Source: Trichoplax adhaerens (taxonomy: Eukaryota; Animalia; Placozoa). Taken from it: a DNA stretch of 64,000 nt. Position 1 is the first letter of the stretch; each line of letters starts with the position of its first letter. The position numbers were made by a program, and so were the translations under genes. The stretch is from contig NW_002060943.1 of NCBI RefSeq assembly GCF_000150275.1, positions 9,518,209 through 9,582,208 on the forward strand. The letters run 5' to 3'. The notes beneath the pieces were generated by a model. That model saw only the letters and a program-made list of their open reading frames with translations. It searched no databases and was not told where the DNA came from. This document shows positions 25,701-40,300 of the stretch, piece by piece.

Positions 25701-26464
25701 GCATAATATTCTCTCGCAGTAAATATTCGTACATTTCTTTGTATTATGAAATGGATATTTAGCAAACAGTGGGATATAATTTAATGTCTATTCGCATTTG
25801 AATTTTAGATGATGATTGTAATACAATGGCGTATAAACCATTGCGCTCTATAGCTAAAAAAATGATCGGGACTAAGAATAATTCACCGATAGCACACTCA
25901 AGGATAAGTCGGCACGATGTCACAACTAATGGGGTTTCAACACATTACTTCAGCCATAGAACAATTTCAGAATCTACGGGAACGAATTCGACGCCAATCT
26001 CATATTTTGAACCTACTAAATTTCATTTTGAGGACACACAGGATGGTCAGGCGATAGAAGAGCAAGAAGCTCCTAGACCGGGAACGAGAGGAGATTATAG
26101 CATAGCTTATGAAAAAATGAAGCAAATGGGCTTTAAGCCTCAATCGGCTCCATTACAACTAGAAAGCGATGATTCATCGGTATACTCAGAATATAGCCAT
26201 AAAAGACCAATGTCAGCACCAGAGACTGTATCTGATGTTGAAATTAATGGATCCAAACATATAGCAGATAATACAAAATCCATTAGCAGCCTCACTGATA
26301 ATGGAAAGCATCAAGCTCAGTTCAAGCTATATCAATCAGAACCAAAGGATAACAAAAGGAACTCCGTCATTGAGCAATTTAATGATGAAATGAAAGTTTG
26401 GGCTGAAGTCATGGTAGATCATGAGGTCGATAACGTTTCAACAAACAAAGAGATCGTCTTATGA
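22800..26464 (+). CDS. LRGUK: Leucine-rich repeat and guanylate kinase domain protein (multi-exon)
   Basis: Acidic N-terminus; ALSNYGRSPDGLQRVFL; SDS22-type LRRs (LSYNKI, VSHNEL, LDYNQI, IAHNNI, LEDNQI, LKGNPV); LRR cap DYRLSMLYRIP; GK-like domain YPIIVFVGPSGS...; PGFFDCVINT; low-complexity C-terminal exon. Confidence 0.9.
23705..23789 (+). other. U12-type (minor spliceosome) GT-AG intron in LRGUK
   Basis: 5' site GTATCCTAA, branch TTCCTTTAC (23766-23774) about 16 nt before the AG, and no polypyrimidine tract. Splicing restores LNLDYNQISEIQGLE. Confidence 0.75.
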
Positions 26465-27293
26465 GTGAATTCTTGAAAATCTTTACATATTTTTAATCGG
26501 GTTCAAGGATTTAGAAGAAAATCCGATAAGAAAATGATAAATTTCTGAATCAGATTCGATCTGAACTAGCAAAGCTCAATGCAGAATTGCTGAAGGTCGC
26601 AATACGCTGTTACATTAATGTATTTTCTGAATAATTAACACTGTGTACACATGTGTTCGTTAAGAGAATGATTCACTGTATATTTACGTATAACGTAGTA
26701 CGCTATGTTTTAGCTTATTGCTATTTCATTATTGTATAATATCAAAACAAGTCGGATACACAATGATCGCTATGCTGTAGTTGATAACTTTTTGGTTACT
26801 TTGTTTATTCCAGGTATACCTACCATATTAGATGATATACTAGAAACGTTTTATAAGTATGAATATACAGTAGGAAGCAACGTAATATAATAATCTTGTA
26901 GCAGTTGATAGCTTGACTAAAAATGTTCTGTTTGCTAGCTGTAAAACCAACTACAGCATTTATCATGATTAATCTTACGAAATGTATATATCACTGTATA
27001 AAATTAAACCATTACGTATATACAGTAATTTCCTAGCATTTCAGTCAGTAGACCGTTAGAACTGAACAACGGTAACCCTAACCGAATAGCATATATTACA
27101 ATGATAATAGCTTCAAAGATACACTACTGGAAATACGTTTGATTTACCTAATAAAGTTCAACTCAGATACCCTCAAAGAATTAAATCTATCTCTTATTTT
27201 AAGAAAACCCAAACCTTGGGTAAAAGATGCAAATTTGCGTGCGCCATTAAGAACATACAATGTAAAGCGTCTATTCCATAAAGGCGAAGTTAT

Positions 27294-29747
27294 TCACTTG
27301 AGTGTAGGTGATGTCAGATAAATGTAGTTAGGAATATAACATAGTACTCCTACGATAGATATCGCAATGCCAATCAGCATAGGAGACCAAAAGAGGTAAT
27401 CAGAGAGAATAATGCCTATAACGATTACGGTAATAAACTTGAAAGTGGAAAGCAAAATATATCTATTGATACCAAGTTAAGGCTATAACTTCTATTTAAG
27501 CCTATTGATATGACAGGTATCTAACTTACGGCAAAGCCAATATTTATAAGATAGTTATAACAGGCCTTCATTGCACTGCTTTCGTATGACACATATAAAA
27601 TATATTTATTACTCGAAAGTAGCTATTTGGATGGATACGAAATCGGTTTCATCCGAGCGGTAATAATGTAGCTTGAGAAGTTAATTCCAAACGCGCAAAA
27701 ACCGGATAGTAATACCTAGGAATAATGGGATAACGATGTAAGTCTGCAGCGGCTATAGAGCACGTATTATGTTTGTCGCTGACAATGAGTACAGATAATA
27801 GATAAATAAATAACATAGCCAGCAATATGCTCTGGATATTGTAATTCAGGATACTATTAAATATTTCATTTAGTATCTGTTATTCAACATCATAAACGCA
27901 GATATTTCAATTCTTAAGTATAATTGAAACGAAATCATACGCGATACTTACGAGCAAAATGGATTGCCAAGATACTATTACACGAGATTGTCTTGTTAAT
28001 TCAGAAAAGAGGATTAATGGACATAAAACCAGCAGGGAAACAATAGCCTATACGTACACAGTTGATAAAATAAATCGAAATTATGTCTTAAAGGATATGA
28101 CCGAAACGACTATTTAGTTTCAGTATAAACTTTGCTTGTTGAATGCGGCGTTGCTAAAATTTTGGCGTAAGAAAATTTATCCGCTGGTACATTACAGTAC
28201 TGTACGAGAATATTAGTCAGAATAGTCAGAGGTATAGAATGCTAAAAACTATTTAAAAAATTAAGAACGTGAATAAATTGACCGACCTCATAATGCAATA
28301 GCTGCAAAGAATTAACGCACATCCGATGCTTATACGAGATCACTTTCTGCCAATTTTGATTGCCGGTTAAAATAGAAATAAATAAAAAAATATCGTAAGA
28401 GACCCTGATTTTTTGGATGACTTGAGAAGGAGGCACAAATTTTGTTTACAAGTTATATTAGACTTAATTACTTTACTACCTTTTAATAAATACAATATTC
28501 TATCACTCTGCGAAGGTATACACTTACATGCGTACAGTATACACGAAGTAAAAATCATAGACGTTACAGTATTAGATCCTAATGGTAAACATTGTACTGC
28601 ATACGTATATGTGAAAAGAGTCAAACGTATTTTCTGCAGTATTATACACGAAAGTTCCCTGATAAAATCGCGTATACCTTCGTTTGCAGATCTATACTAA
28701 GTAATCAGGTCTACTAAGTATACGTACAGTAGCAAGACCTAACGTACACTACTTGAGAATGATATAATTTGCAGGGTAACAACTTTAATAAAGTCTTAAT
28801 TTTTACGTATTTATACTTTATAGAGAGATATCTAGCAGCAGTAATGACAGTATCAAACATGTTCAAGAATCTTCATTGCAGAATACAGTATACGAGTATT
28901 AAATAGTACTACTGTAATTTGCAAGTGAATATCTATAAATGTAAGTTTCAAATTAAAATAGGCACTTCTGAACGATGAATAAACTAACTTACAATACGGT
29001 AGCCAGCTGCCAGCATGGAACCAATAATGCATGTTACATAACCCACTGTAGATATTCGAACATTAAATCTCGCATAAATAATGAATCCCGATGTAGTTAA
29101 TACCTATTAGTTGTTATAAATCGTCAAAGGCATATCGCTTATATTGTAATGGTACAGAATAGTATTAGAACAGTGTGGTGCAGCATTGTTTTCTAGCAGA
29201 ATCTATCTAAACAGGAGTATACTATATTACGTAATCATACTCAATAAAAAATCGATATATCAGCTACTTTATTTAGTGTTATACGTTAATTACACTTCTT
29301 CTAAGTTCGTTACTTAAAAAAACGTTTCTATTCAGAACTTACATGGCCAAGAATCAATGACCTTGTCCAAAACTTATCACGATAGAAATCTTCAATTGCG
29401 AAGATAATTAGGTTAGCCAAAGTCTTAGCTAACTGATAAGTTACAAGGCTATTGCAATAAATAGATAAGTTGTTGAAGAGAACATAAGCACCAAATAGCA
29501 TTGATAAAGGTAAATGCTGGATAAATTCGATCCTCTTTACTACATAAACATTTTTTGCGCGACATAGTTGTAGTAATAGAACAATAACCAAAAGATGAAT
29601 TGCAGTTAGTGTTATAGGATGGAAATCGAAAATAGTAAATAAGAGTTTGTTAATCACAACAACGCCAACTGATGCCAGATAGTTAACACATAAGAGGCCA
29701 GTCGAAATTTTGTTTTCAATTTGATGCCGTATACTACAACTGTTCAT
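27294..29747 (-). CDS. SLC35E3: SLC35E3-like nucleotide-sugar/triose-phosphate translocator family transporter (6 exons)
   Basis: NYLASVGVVVINKLLF, HPITLTAIH, FNNLSIYCNSLVTYQLAK, VNSLQLLHYE, VLLSGFCAFGINFS and PISYILLSTFK. Stop TGA at 27294-27296. Divergent family member. Confidence 0.8.
27463..27638 (-). other. U12-type GT-AG intron in the SLC35E3-like gene
   Basis: On the - strand: donor GTATCCATCC and branch CCTTAAC (27482-27476) 12 nt before the terminal AG. Phase-2 join gives ARMKPIS-YILLSTFK. Confidence 0.75.
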
Positions 29748-31323
29748 TACGCTATATCGAGGCTATAACATCCAAACCTCGATGAAGTAAATTTACAACT
29801 GTAATGATGTACATATATATATACTATGATACTCGTATATCAACTTGAAGGCATCATGATACAATATACTATATTGTACAGTATGTTACAAGGTCAGAAA
29901 GACGAATTGAATGACTAATTATAGTTATAGTTATATAATTGTTGGTCCCTATATTGTAGTGAGTACAGTACAGGACTATAAATAGTGATAGTACTTTAGT
30001 ACTACACGGTAGGTAATTAATTAAGACGGTCAATCGTACTACAGTACCGTATGTTTGTAACAAGTGCTACGGTACTGAATAGCTTGGGGACATCCGAATA
30101 TATACAGTATGTAGTATATCACTTTTGTCTGCCTCCAGGGCTCAATCATTCACGAAGTATCTTAACAATATTGTAACATAGTAATACCAATATTGCGCAC
30201 TGTTATTGCTATATACTATATATATATATTATATATTCTATTCTAACAGTATATGTAAATTTAATGATAATTTAACCTTTACCGTAGGCTATAATTTTAT
30301 TTTATGCCTGCTCATTCAAGCGGAGAGTTTACCAGTAAGCAACAAATTACTATCGGTAAACCGGACGTTATAGGCAGTGTTAACAATTGCAACTTGTAGA
30401 CTATATATTATTGTTCTCGCTCATGGCTAGAATTAAATTACAGTAAAATATATTTGATTTGCTATTACAAGATCAGCACCAGTTTTCCGTATCAATACAA
30501 ACTTAAATAATTCGATAGACAAATTAAGCTAGCTTTTAATTGGTAAAAAATGAACGTAATATAATAGAATTGAATTCAGTTCATTTGGCTATGCACGCTG
30601 TACTATAGATATCCGCTAAATAATCGAAAGCAATTCTGTGCCCTAAACCCAAAGCTTATTTATAAAGCTAAAACTGACTGTGAACGTGTAATACGTCACT
30701 GAACCCCACCATACTAATTCTGAGAGAAAAAAGTCTCTAGGAATTATTTCTTTAACAACTTTAATATCGCCTGCCGGTAGTGCCGGTAGAGACATAGATG
30801 TTAAGATTGACATTTACACATTAATTCAGGTTACATTCTTGCTACCTGCAACCTTTCGTTAGTTAAAAATTACAAGTTGTACAAAATTTAAAAGCCACAA
30901 ATAATATGGACATGCCTTTGAACATAATTGTACGTATATTGCATAGATAAGAATATCCTTAACGACGTAACAAGCTAAGTATGGTATATAAAATATTCCG
31001 ATATTTAATGTGTATCATTGTAATACACAAAATCCTAATACTGCATTAACATGACTAACCATCGCTCTTCCGTCTTTTTACTTACAAGGATATATGACGG
31101 CCTTATGCTTTAAGGTTAAAAGAATTAACAAAGCTGTCTCTTATAAGTTACTTACAAAATTTTCTTTAATTAAATATCAATTGTATTGCAACATACTCCC
31201 ATAAAGAGTACCGTAAGTTGGATTGCTACTGCCGAAATATTTGAGCTATTTTCGGCATAACGGTCGAAATAATTCACACAATGCTAATGAAATGTATAGT
31301 TAATTTTCTCCGCCTTTAAAAGT

Positions 31324-34300
31324 CTAATCGTTTAATTGACATAGCAAGGCCGAACCCCTAGCAATCCAGTGATCATCATCTAAGTCTGTTGGTAAACTGA
31401 CCATCACAACGAAGTTAGTAGAATGTCCTGGAATAAGAGCAAAAATCATCATTAATAATTTACGATTATGCTAGTATTTAATCTGATCAGTTTATCGCAA
31501 ATATTAAAAACCTGTTGTTGATAGCACTCCCGCTCTGGCAGAGGTTTTATAGAGTGGAAATTTACTACAATTATCATCAGGGATACATTCTTTTCTAGGT
31601 TCCAGATGTAACACTGGTAAAATCTGTATAAATCAACATTTAAATAATTAATGTACGTCCTATATAATAGTTCACAAGCCAACAATAACAGATAAGTTAT
31701 ACTAACACTAGTGATTTCACCAGGTAAGGAGTCTGATACCATCATGCTATCATCATTCCAGCGACATGCGTCCATAAATAATCCGTGAATTAATACTCCG
31801 TTCTCAGGTACTTCAATATCAATCTACACAAATGACATTATTAAGATAGTTATGAATAATAAGTTATCTAAACAAGAAACAACCATTCATTTTTAAAACA
31901 TAAATATCATTCGTCAAGTAAAATGTTACTAGTACTTACAGTATCTTGAGAAGTACTAGTAAAATCAGTTTTTGAAGTCTCGCCCTGATTGATGTATTGT
32001 GGGTAAACCGAAAAATGAAAGCTTAACTGGTCGATGGGATAATTATATTTTCTAGCGTAGTTTTGCAAAACCCCTGTTAAGAAACCTGGTAATAATTTCA
32101 AAATTTACGATTGGCGTCAATAATTCTTTAGTAGAAAGCATGAATAATTAATTGCTAGAGAGATTAAAAACATTCATTACCTTGCGGAAAGAAAAAGCCT
32201 GATATCCAGAAGGCTTTGGGATTTCCATTACTGATCCAAGTCTGAAGATAAATTTATAGAAATTACGAGATGATGGGTCAATTTTAGATCGCAGTTGTTT
32301 CATACATACATTAATGAATTGAATTCTCAATATTAAATCTTTAATCCACGATCCTAAAGGTTTTAAGGATGGATATGCAGCAGTCGCCCATAATTCAGGA
32401 ATCTAAAGAACAAGTAAAATACGTATTCAAAATTAAAAGGGCAAAGATCTGCGTGATGATATTCATTGCATATACGGCACATTATAACAAAAATCTTATC
32501 AACAAAGTGCATCACTACTCGCACTAACATGTAGCGACGTCACAAAATGACATACGTAAATACATACGAGTATATACGACTTATTGAAAGCAGTACTTTA
32601 ACAAACGTTACATATGAATAAGTAATAAAATTTACAATGTCAATTAAATTTTAGCGCACCTGATTATTTAAGAAACTTCCGTAAACTTTTTCTAATTCTT
32701 CGGACATAACTACAACACCCATTATGGCTTTCGTAAGAGAGTCAAGTGAGGTCTATACAAAAAATAATTGATATAGCAAGGAAAATGACTATGGCGTATA
32801 TAATTATTCGTATTTCATTGGAGATTCGGTATATTAACCTTTATTACGTTCACTAAGTTGTGAAATCGGTCGAATTCTTGTGAGAGAACAACTGTCAATG
32901 AATTTGATCTTCCAAGGTCGTCAAGCTGTGCATTTTAAACCAAATTATTAAGTTAAAAATTGGTACATCACCGATCATTCATTACCGAAGATTTATTTCT
33001 AATTATAATGAATTACCTCAAACAATGACTTCTCGCCTTGAGTAATATCTAATTTATCAGGTAGCTTCTTTAAAATATTGTCTGCAAGTTCTAGAATAAT
33101 TTCATCGCTTGTCTGGCCACTAGCAGATGTCATGATGCGAGGCTGAACATCCAATACTGTCCGAATTAAGTGATTTCCTTCCTGAATCTAAATGCGGGAA
33201 ATACCAGATTATTTTTAGTTATAGTAATTGTTATGTATAGTCACAACTGTATTGAGCTAGTTAGCATCACAGTCCAACTCATAGCTGTACGTTGAATACA
33301 CGTCTTATATAAGGTATCTATAATCACGTATTATAATCCATATAATATTATGTTAGGCTACAGTGCTAAATCTTAATATGGCGGTAGCACTACCTTTTAA
33401 TTTTAATTATACATAAATATATATAGATATATCACAGTTATATCATGACCAGTACATGAGAACAGGGGCTACTGTGGTAGTCCTGATAACAATCACATAT
33501 AGTTTACATACTCGTAATAACATTATCCACTACAGTAATCTCTACAGATTCTAATAATTTCATACCTGATACGAAATATTGGCGTTATTATGCATGCCAA
33601 AGACTTCCGGTTCGTCCGTAAATGGTAACTGTTCGATATAATCCCGATACAAAGTTAAGTCTTTACATTCCGGAGCGTAATAAATTCCTGAAATATCAAA
33701 ATATAGAATCTAGGTTACTACTAGTTAGTGACAGATACAGTATTTGATCATATGCATATGCAAACTCCCTGTAACATACAATATACTGTATACACATTAA
33801 ACCATAATATATATACGAATATGATGTTTCAGTAACCTGATGAAGACAGCGTATGATTTGCATCTAAAATAAGTGGTGAAAAGAATCGCTTTAAAAGGGT
33901 CCTAAGACATCTCTGATCAAAATTATCCGTGACTCGACCACCGTAGGTAATCTATAGAATATATTTTAAGTGATCTTTTAGTAAGCAAAATACGCCTATT
34001 ATAATGATTTATCATTTGCTTCAACTGTTGATACCTCTCCGATTATAAAAGTTAAGGCTGGCCACGCAATCTGCTGATGTCCTTCATCAATGAATATTTT
34101 TAAATTTTCTAAAGCGCACTCACGATCAGAATCGTTAAATTGGTACCTAATATTCCATCCAAGCGGTCCAAACTTTTTTCGTTCTAAAATTACAGCATGA
34201 AAAAAGCATAGACCAAATACTAGTTTGCGCCATACTGTCCCTAATAGGTGCTCATTAAATGATACTGGATCAATTTCTGCGAACGATCTTCGCAAATTTG

Positions 34301-37300
34301 ACCGTAGTCCTTTCGGTAGTTCGTTCGTTACTTTGATACTATTCTGTAAGATAGTCACTGGAAACGCTTTTGTTGGCATTGAACTTAGAAAGAAGCGAAA
34401 TTCTTCGTGGATATGAGTATCTGGTAGAGTAAATGTCTTTATTATATTTTCTAAAGAAGGCATCCAAGATTCAGCTAAATGACAGTTTTGAAGAAAGACC
34501 CAATTTCCACTTCTCATTGCGCTTAAAATCATTTTTTCTGCTATTGGGCCTTGGCCTTGACCTAAAGAAATTGATTGTACCTTTGACATAAATCCTTGAT
34601 CTTTCGCAAATCGTTGAAATCCACTCATCGGATCAGATCCAGTAGATAGTATAAAAATTAAAGGTGTATATTGATTCATATCCTGATATAGTATCGATAA
34701 ATCCGTGGATGGACTCTCAACAAATTCTTTACCTAGATTCATAATTATAAAATCGAATATCGCGAAAATCATCTCTTCTTCTTTAAATTCCTTTATCATA
34801 ATGAGTTTCTGAAAATTTGTTAGTCTGACATTCCAATGACCTCTAACTTTATCCTGCTCGTTGTCATCATCCTCAAAGGTTCCCAGAGAGCTAGTCGCAG
34901 GCATAGACGGTAAAGGATGATATCCTTCCCATTCAGCAGGATTTAAATCTAGTTTCGTTCTTCCAAGAGTGATGCTTACTGAAGTTTTCGTAATATCTGA
35001 ACACAAATTTTTGAAGGCAGGTAGATTTTCTTGCAAGTTGCAGCAAGCAGCCCAGGTTTCTGGTGTAATCCATGATACATCTGGTTTCTTACCGCGTTGT
35101 CTATTCATGGAAGAATTACCACGTAAAAAGTAATTCCATTCACCATCATCAATTTCTCCTCGTTGTTTTAATATATCGCAACAAACCATAAATGAAGCTA
35201 CCACTTTGTGACGTTCGAATAATCCTCTGGAGACGTTAACATAAATAGTTTGAGTACAGTTTGTAACTAAAGTATTTAACCGTTGGCCCAAATCGTCAGC
35301 TTTCTCGCTTTTTTCGATACATTTATTAAAAAGTTGTTTAAAATATTTTAGTGAATATTGATACATTGGATCAATTTCTGCCAATGATGCAACAACAAAA
35401 TAAAGTACTGAACCTCTAGTAGCTACACTGCGATACTTTTCGCGAGCTACAGAAATTTTTGCTTCAGTTTGTTCCGCTTCTTTAAGCCTAGTAGAAATGA
35501 CACTTGACGTTACTTTTGACTCATTTAAGGTATTAATTAAGTCTTCATCATCCAGTATATTGCCTTCAGAGTTAAACAGTAATTTTAAGATTCTTTCTTC
35601 GATTACTTTTAATTGATTTTTATCAGTATTTATTCGAACAATAAGTTGATTTCTTTGATCTTCAAGTTCAGGCTTCTCTAAACGTACAACATCACTTAAC
35701 AGTTGGTCTTCCAATCCGGATTTGTTTACGGTAAAATTAATTATTGTAACTTTGATACAAACGTCAGGTAGATAGTGTGGGTTAGCCAGTTTTGTTGTAA
35801 TGTACAACCTGAAATTCTTGTCATATTCAATGTCACTATCGCCTATTCTTATCAGCGATCGCCCTTGTTGTACAAATATTTGCTGTAACAAAATTGGTTC
35901 TAGTGACGGATCTAATGTCTCTTCAACTTCTTCTAGTAAAACCGGCTTTCCAATTCTCATACAATTTTCAAGGGTACGTAGAAAGTTAGAGTCAGTCTGC
36001 TTAATTATTTTTAAACCATTTTTTAATTCTTTATTCTTTATCCAACGGCTTGCTTGATCCTGGGGATCTATCATTAACGGCCACCTTTTTGTGTGCGCAA
36101 CGAGAATTGCATTTTCAATCGAAGTAAGGTCACGCGGGAGTCCATCGGCATTCCATTGACGTATTTCGAAAGGATCTGCCATTACATTAATGAGACTATA
36201 ATTCTCCGAAATTGGAATATTAAGATCTTTGCATTGTTCAATCCATTTAAGCATTAGTTCTTCCCTGTAGGAATGTACAAATGCACCGAAGTAAGCTACG
36301 CATGCAGCTGAAACGAAAACATTACCAGTTACATTGGACAACTCGTTATTATAAATTTTAATATTCTCCTTCCATCTGATCTGCTCATCAGCTAATGCCG
36401 ACGTCAATTTTGATGCTCTTTTAAGTCTTGCCGCCGTTTGTGCGATATTTTTAGTTAATTTATCTTTTTCATTGACGCTCTGTTCATATTTTGCGTGCAG
36501 AAATGCAATCTCATTCTCAACTTCCGCCAATCTAGCCTGCTTTTCAGCCAGAGCTTTATTAGTTTCATCTAATTCTGCTTCAGCAGCAGCTAATCTTATT
36601 CTTTTTGGCTCTACTTCACGATAAACCTTAGCATATAAATCACATGCCCGAACCCACATACACATTGATTTACATGCTTTCGAAGTTCTTTCGACTACTT
36701 CGGGAATGAATCTAGGATTTTCTACGTATTTCTTTAATTTCTTGAGAACAACTTCTGGTATATTATTCTTGTCGAAGTCTATTAGTCTTTTTAGGAAACC
36801 GGCATCATTAAGGATTTGTTTCGCAGATATCCAGTCAGGTTTTACCTGTAATAAAACACATACTGCCTCCATGACCGTTAGGACCATTTCAGGAGGACTT
36901 TGAAAAACTCTTATTTCAGCAATATCTGATTTGTCTAAAGCTTTCAAAGCTTCTTTAGCAGCTTCTAATGCCGGTAAAGCTTCATCTAAGTCCCTTTGAG
37001 CGTCCTCTTTAATAGCAGATGTATGTTCAGCTTTTTGTTTTGCAATTGCCTCGTCCTCCAAAACTACCCTGCGAACAGTATCAGCTTTTTTCTGATCTTC
37101 TTGCAGCTGTTCCATGAGTTTTTCAGTATGCTCGGATTTTTGTTTCAATTCTGGTTCCAATGCTGTTAACTCAGATTCCATTTTAGCTACCAGCTCATTC
37201 GTTTCCAGCAACTTACTTAAACCATTTTTTACTCTTTTCCGAGCGTTAGTTAGTTGTTTACTTTTTTTTTCGAGCATTGATAAGTATGAATTAATCAACT

Positions 37301-40300
37301 CCAAGTATGAAGTTGGTGTGGTATAATAATGCCTTCGCAGCTCTTCGTAGTACCGATTCGAAATTTCTGACACCTGTGAGTGAACGTTAACACACATAGT
37401 TGCTAAGTTTTTCTTTAATCCATCATTTCCGATAGCGGTACCTCCCAAAAAGCTTGCTGCAACTGACAGTAGAGCTTCTCCAGGCCATTCAGTAAACCAA
37501 TCAATTGTGCAACAGTTAACCAGTGATGGGAACATACGAGTACGCGATCTGAAAGCCTCACCAACAGGGCTCATACATAAAACTATGTGAAGGTTACTCT
37601 TCACTCGGTTAATAAAATATTGATAAATACTGTCACGATCGCCCTCATTAATGCCAGCATCTTTGCATATGGGACGCATTGCCGCAATAACCTTCTCGTA
37701 CTCTTCCATATTGTACAAATTGGGCACCTCTCCAGAGTTTAAAATATTATTGATATCTTCTAAAAACTCTTCAGTGATAATTTGACTATCAGTAAATAGG
37801 AATACAGTCTTTTCGCCTTGAACCCCAGCGATAGTAAATAGTTTTCTAATGTCCTCATGAAATGAATCATAACTGTAGCCACGCGTTAGCTCAATCTGAA
37901 AACAGGAATAACCGCAAATCCAGCACGCTAATCTAGTTAAACTTTGCTTTCCGGTGCCGCCAACACCAACGAGAAGCGCATTTCCCTGAGATTGACGTGC
38001 TATACGCACAATTCTAGACAAGTGTTGTATAGCGTCAACAAAGAAAACCAATTTCATCTCTTTCGATGAATTTAAATTATATTCATCAAGATAATCGCTT
38101 AGAACACTTTCAACTTTCTTTAGATCATTTAATTCTTCATAAATTCTATCTTCTGGCTCAGCAGCAGTATTCAAGAAATCACCGAATAGGAGAATATCTT
38201 TTTCGAAAGTTTCAGCTTTCAAATCATGCGAGAAGTGCTTCTGTGATATTTCCGAGAGAACAGAATAAAAATGCTGTTTATCCGATATATCTATAAGGCG
38301 ATCATGAAAAACGCGATGAGCCTCATGGAAAAACATGCGCATTATTTGATCTTTTTCTCGAATATTGCCAGAATTTGCTTGTAGAATTCCTTGCATACAT
38401 TTCGATAGATCACGGAGGTTAAATATGTAATGTGACTTAGCAGGTGTTGGGAGAAATTCTGTACGCATACGCTGGTAAAGGTCAGCACCCGCATCAACAA
38501 TTGCATCAGCACAACTTTTAACAGGTACCGGAAATTCACTCAGAAACCCTCGCAGAACCGATTTAAAAATATGTTTTAAGGTAAAATCAGCTGGTTGAGG
38601 TACCGCCAAAATCGTAAAATGACGTAAAAATCGAGGGGTAACGGGGTTTCTACCTCCCCCAGGAGGCCCACACGCTCCACAAATAGTAACTTCCTTTAAT
38701 TCTTTCCAGAATAGTTTGTCACGATCATAAAATCCACCGAAATCCTGATATTGTCGTAATAGTTCAATAGGTGGCTGCGATCCATATCTGTCTAACTTTG
38801 GCATATTTAGATCATCGACAAATAAAATCATATGCTTTCCAGCAGGAGCACTAAGGATAGTTTTGCGTTTTCTCTCTAATTTGCTTTCGATCGTTTCCTG
38901 AATCCTTTTGCTGCTAGTTTGTGCAGAAAAGTTCAGAAATACCGAAACATAGTTTTCTTTCTCGCACATAATCTGTAAAAAATGCTTGGCAATAACAGAT
39001 TTTCCCACACCAGCGGATCCAGTGAAAAGCACTGAATTATTAACTGTAATCAGTTTACGGAATAAATATCCATACCGCATCGTGTCTAGTGTTGGAACTA
39101 AGACGTCACTAAAGGTATCTTCAGGTTTAAATTTGAAAGGTGGAATGATTCTTTCCCACGAATCTAGCCGTCGAGTCAATTCGAAATCAACATAATAGCC
39201 ATACAGATCGCCACTACTTGGTAATTTGACATCGTTCGTTTCCGAGAACAAATCACGAGCAAAGGAATCGAATTTGTCCAAGTATTCCTCTAATAAGTTT
39301 CCACCAATTGACCACATGTAGCAGAAAACAAACACTGTACATATCAAGGGATGAATTTTATGCGGTTCCACGGATAGGTCGAGCCCATCAGTTTGTAATA
39401 AAGACTCCAAAAGACTACATAACGTACATATTTTGCTAATAGCAACTTGCGGAATGGTCTCGATGCAATGCTTCGCTACGAATTTTAATCCTGGTTCTAC
39501 AAATTGATTAAAAAGGTCTAAGATGTATTCTTTGGTCTCTTCGCGTAGCTTGGGTACTTTCTCTAACCATGTTAAAACATAAGGTCTCCATCCAAGTCCC
39601 TGTGCATCAATATATACCATACCACAACGACTAACAGTTGCTGGAGATGCCATAGCTAAATCCTGTACCTCGAACAACATACGGATAGAATCGGTTAATT
39701 TTATTCTTTCACTATTGGCAAGACAGAGCATTTTGTTGTCATCAAGCACTGTGTTCATGTTTTCAATCCACAAAGCGTCGACAGGACCATCGCAAATAAT
39801 CCAATGACTCTCTTTAGTGTCATCCTGAACTGCGTGGCGAACAGTAGTTGCTAAAATTCCATCTCGCCACTCAAGTGTAACTTTGTCGATCTCACCGTAT
39901 AATTCTCCCATGGTGACAGATTTCGGATTCAATACGTGCAGATTTACAGGCAAATAGTAATCATTAGTAAGTCCATCGTTATACAGCTTACCAAGAGCCG
40001 AACCAAGTGTTTTATAGCATGTCGTCTTTCCGCCACCAGTGGGGCCAACCAACATTACACCATGGCGTACAGTGATAGTTTCATAGAACTGAATAATCTT
40101 CTTAACTGAATGTGAATGTACCTGTAGCTCATTTTCTTTTAAGATACTTTCGATGGCTTCTTGTAATGGGCCATAATTATGCTGTGGTATTGTCGAACCA
40201 GGAAAGAGATCCGATAGTATAGCCTGAAATAGAACTGCATCCTGAGCCAAAAATTTGGGCAGATTACTATCTCGAAGAGCGCGAATTAATACGATGTCTT

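Noticed and set aside
34027-34034. Possible U12 donor GTATCAAC after the giant DNAH6 exon
   Set aside because: Lacks the diagnostic CC at +5/+6 and has no CCTTAAC branch.
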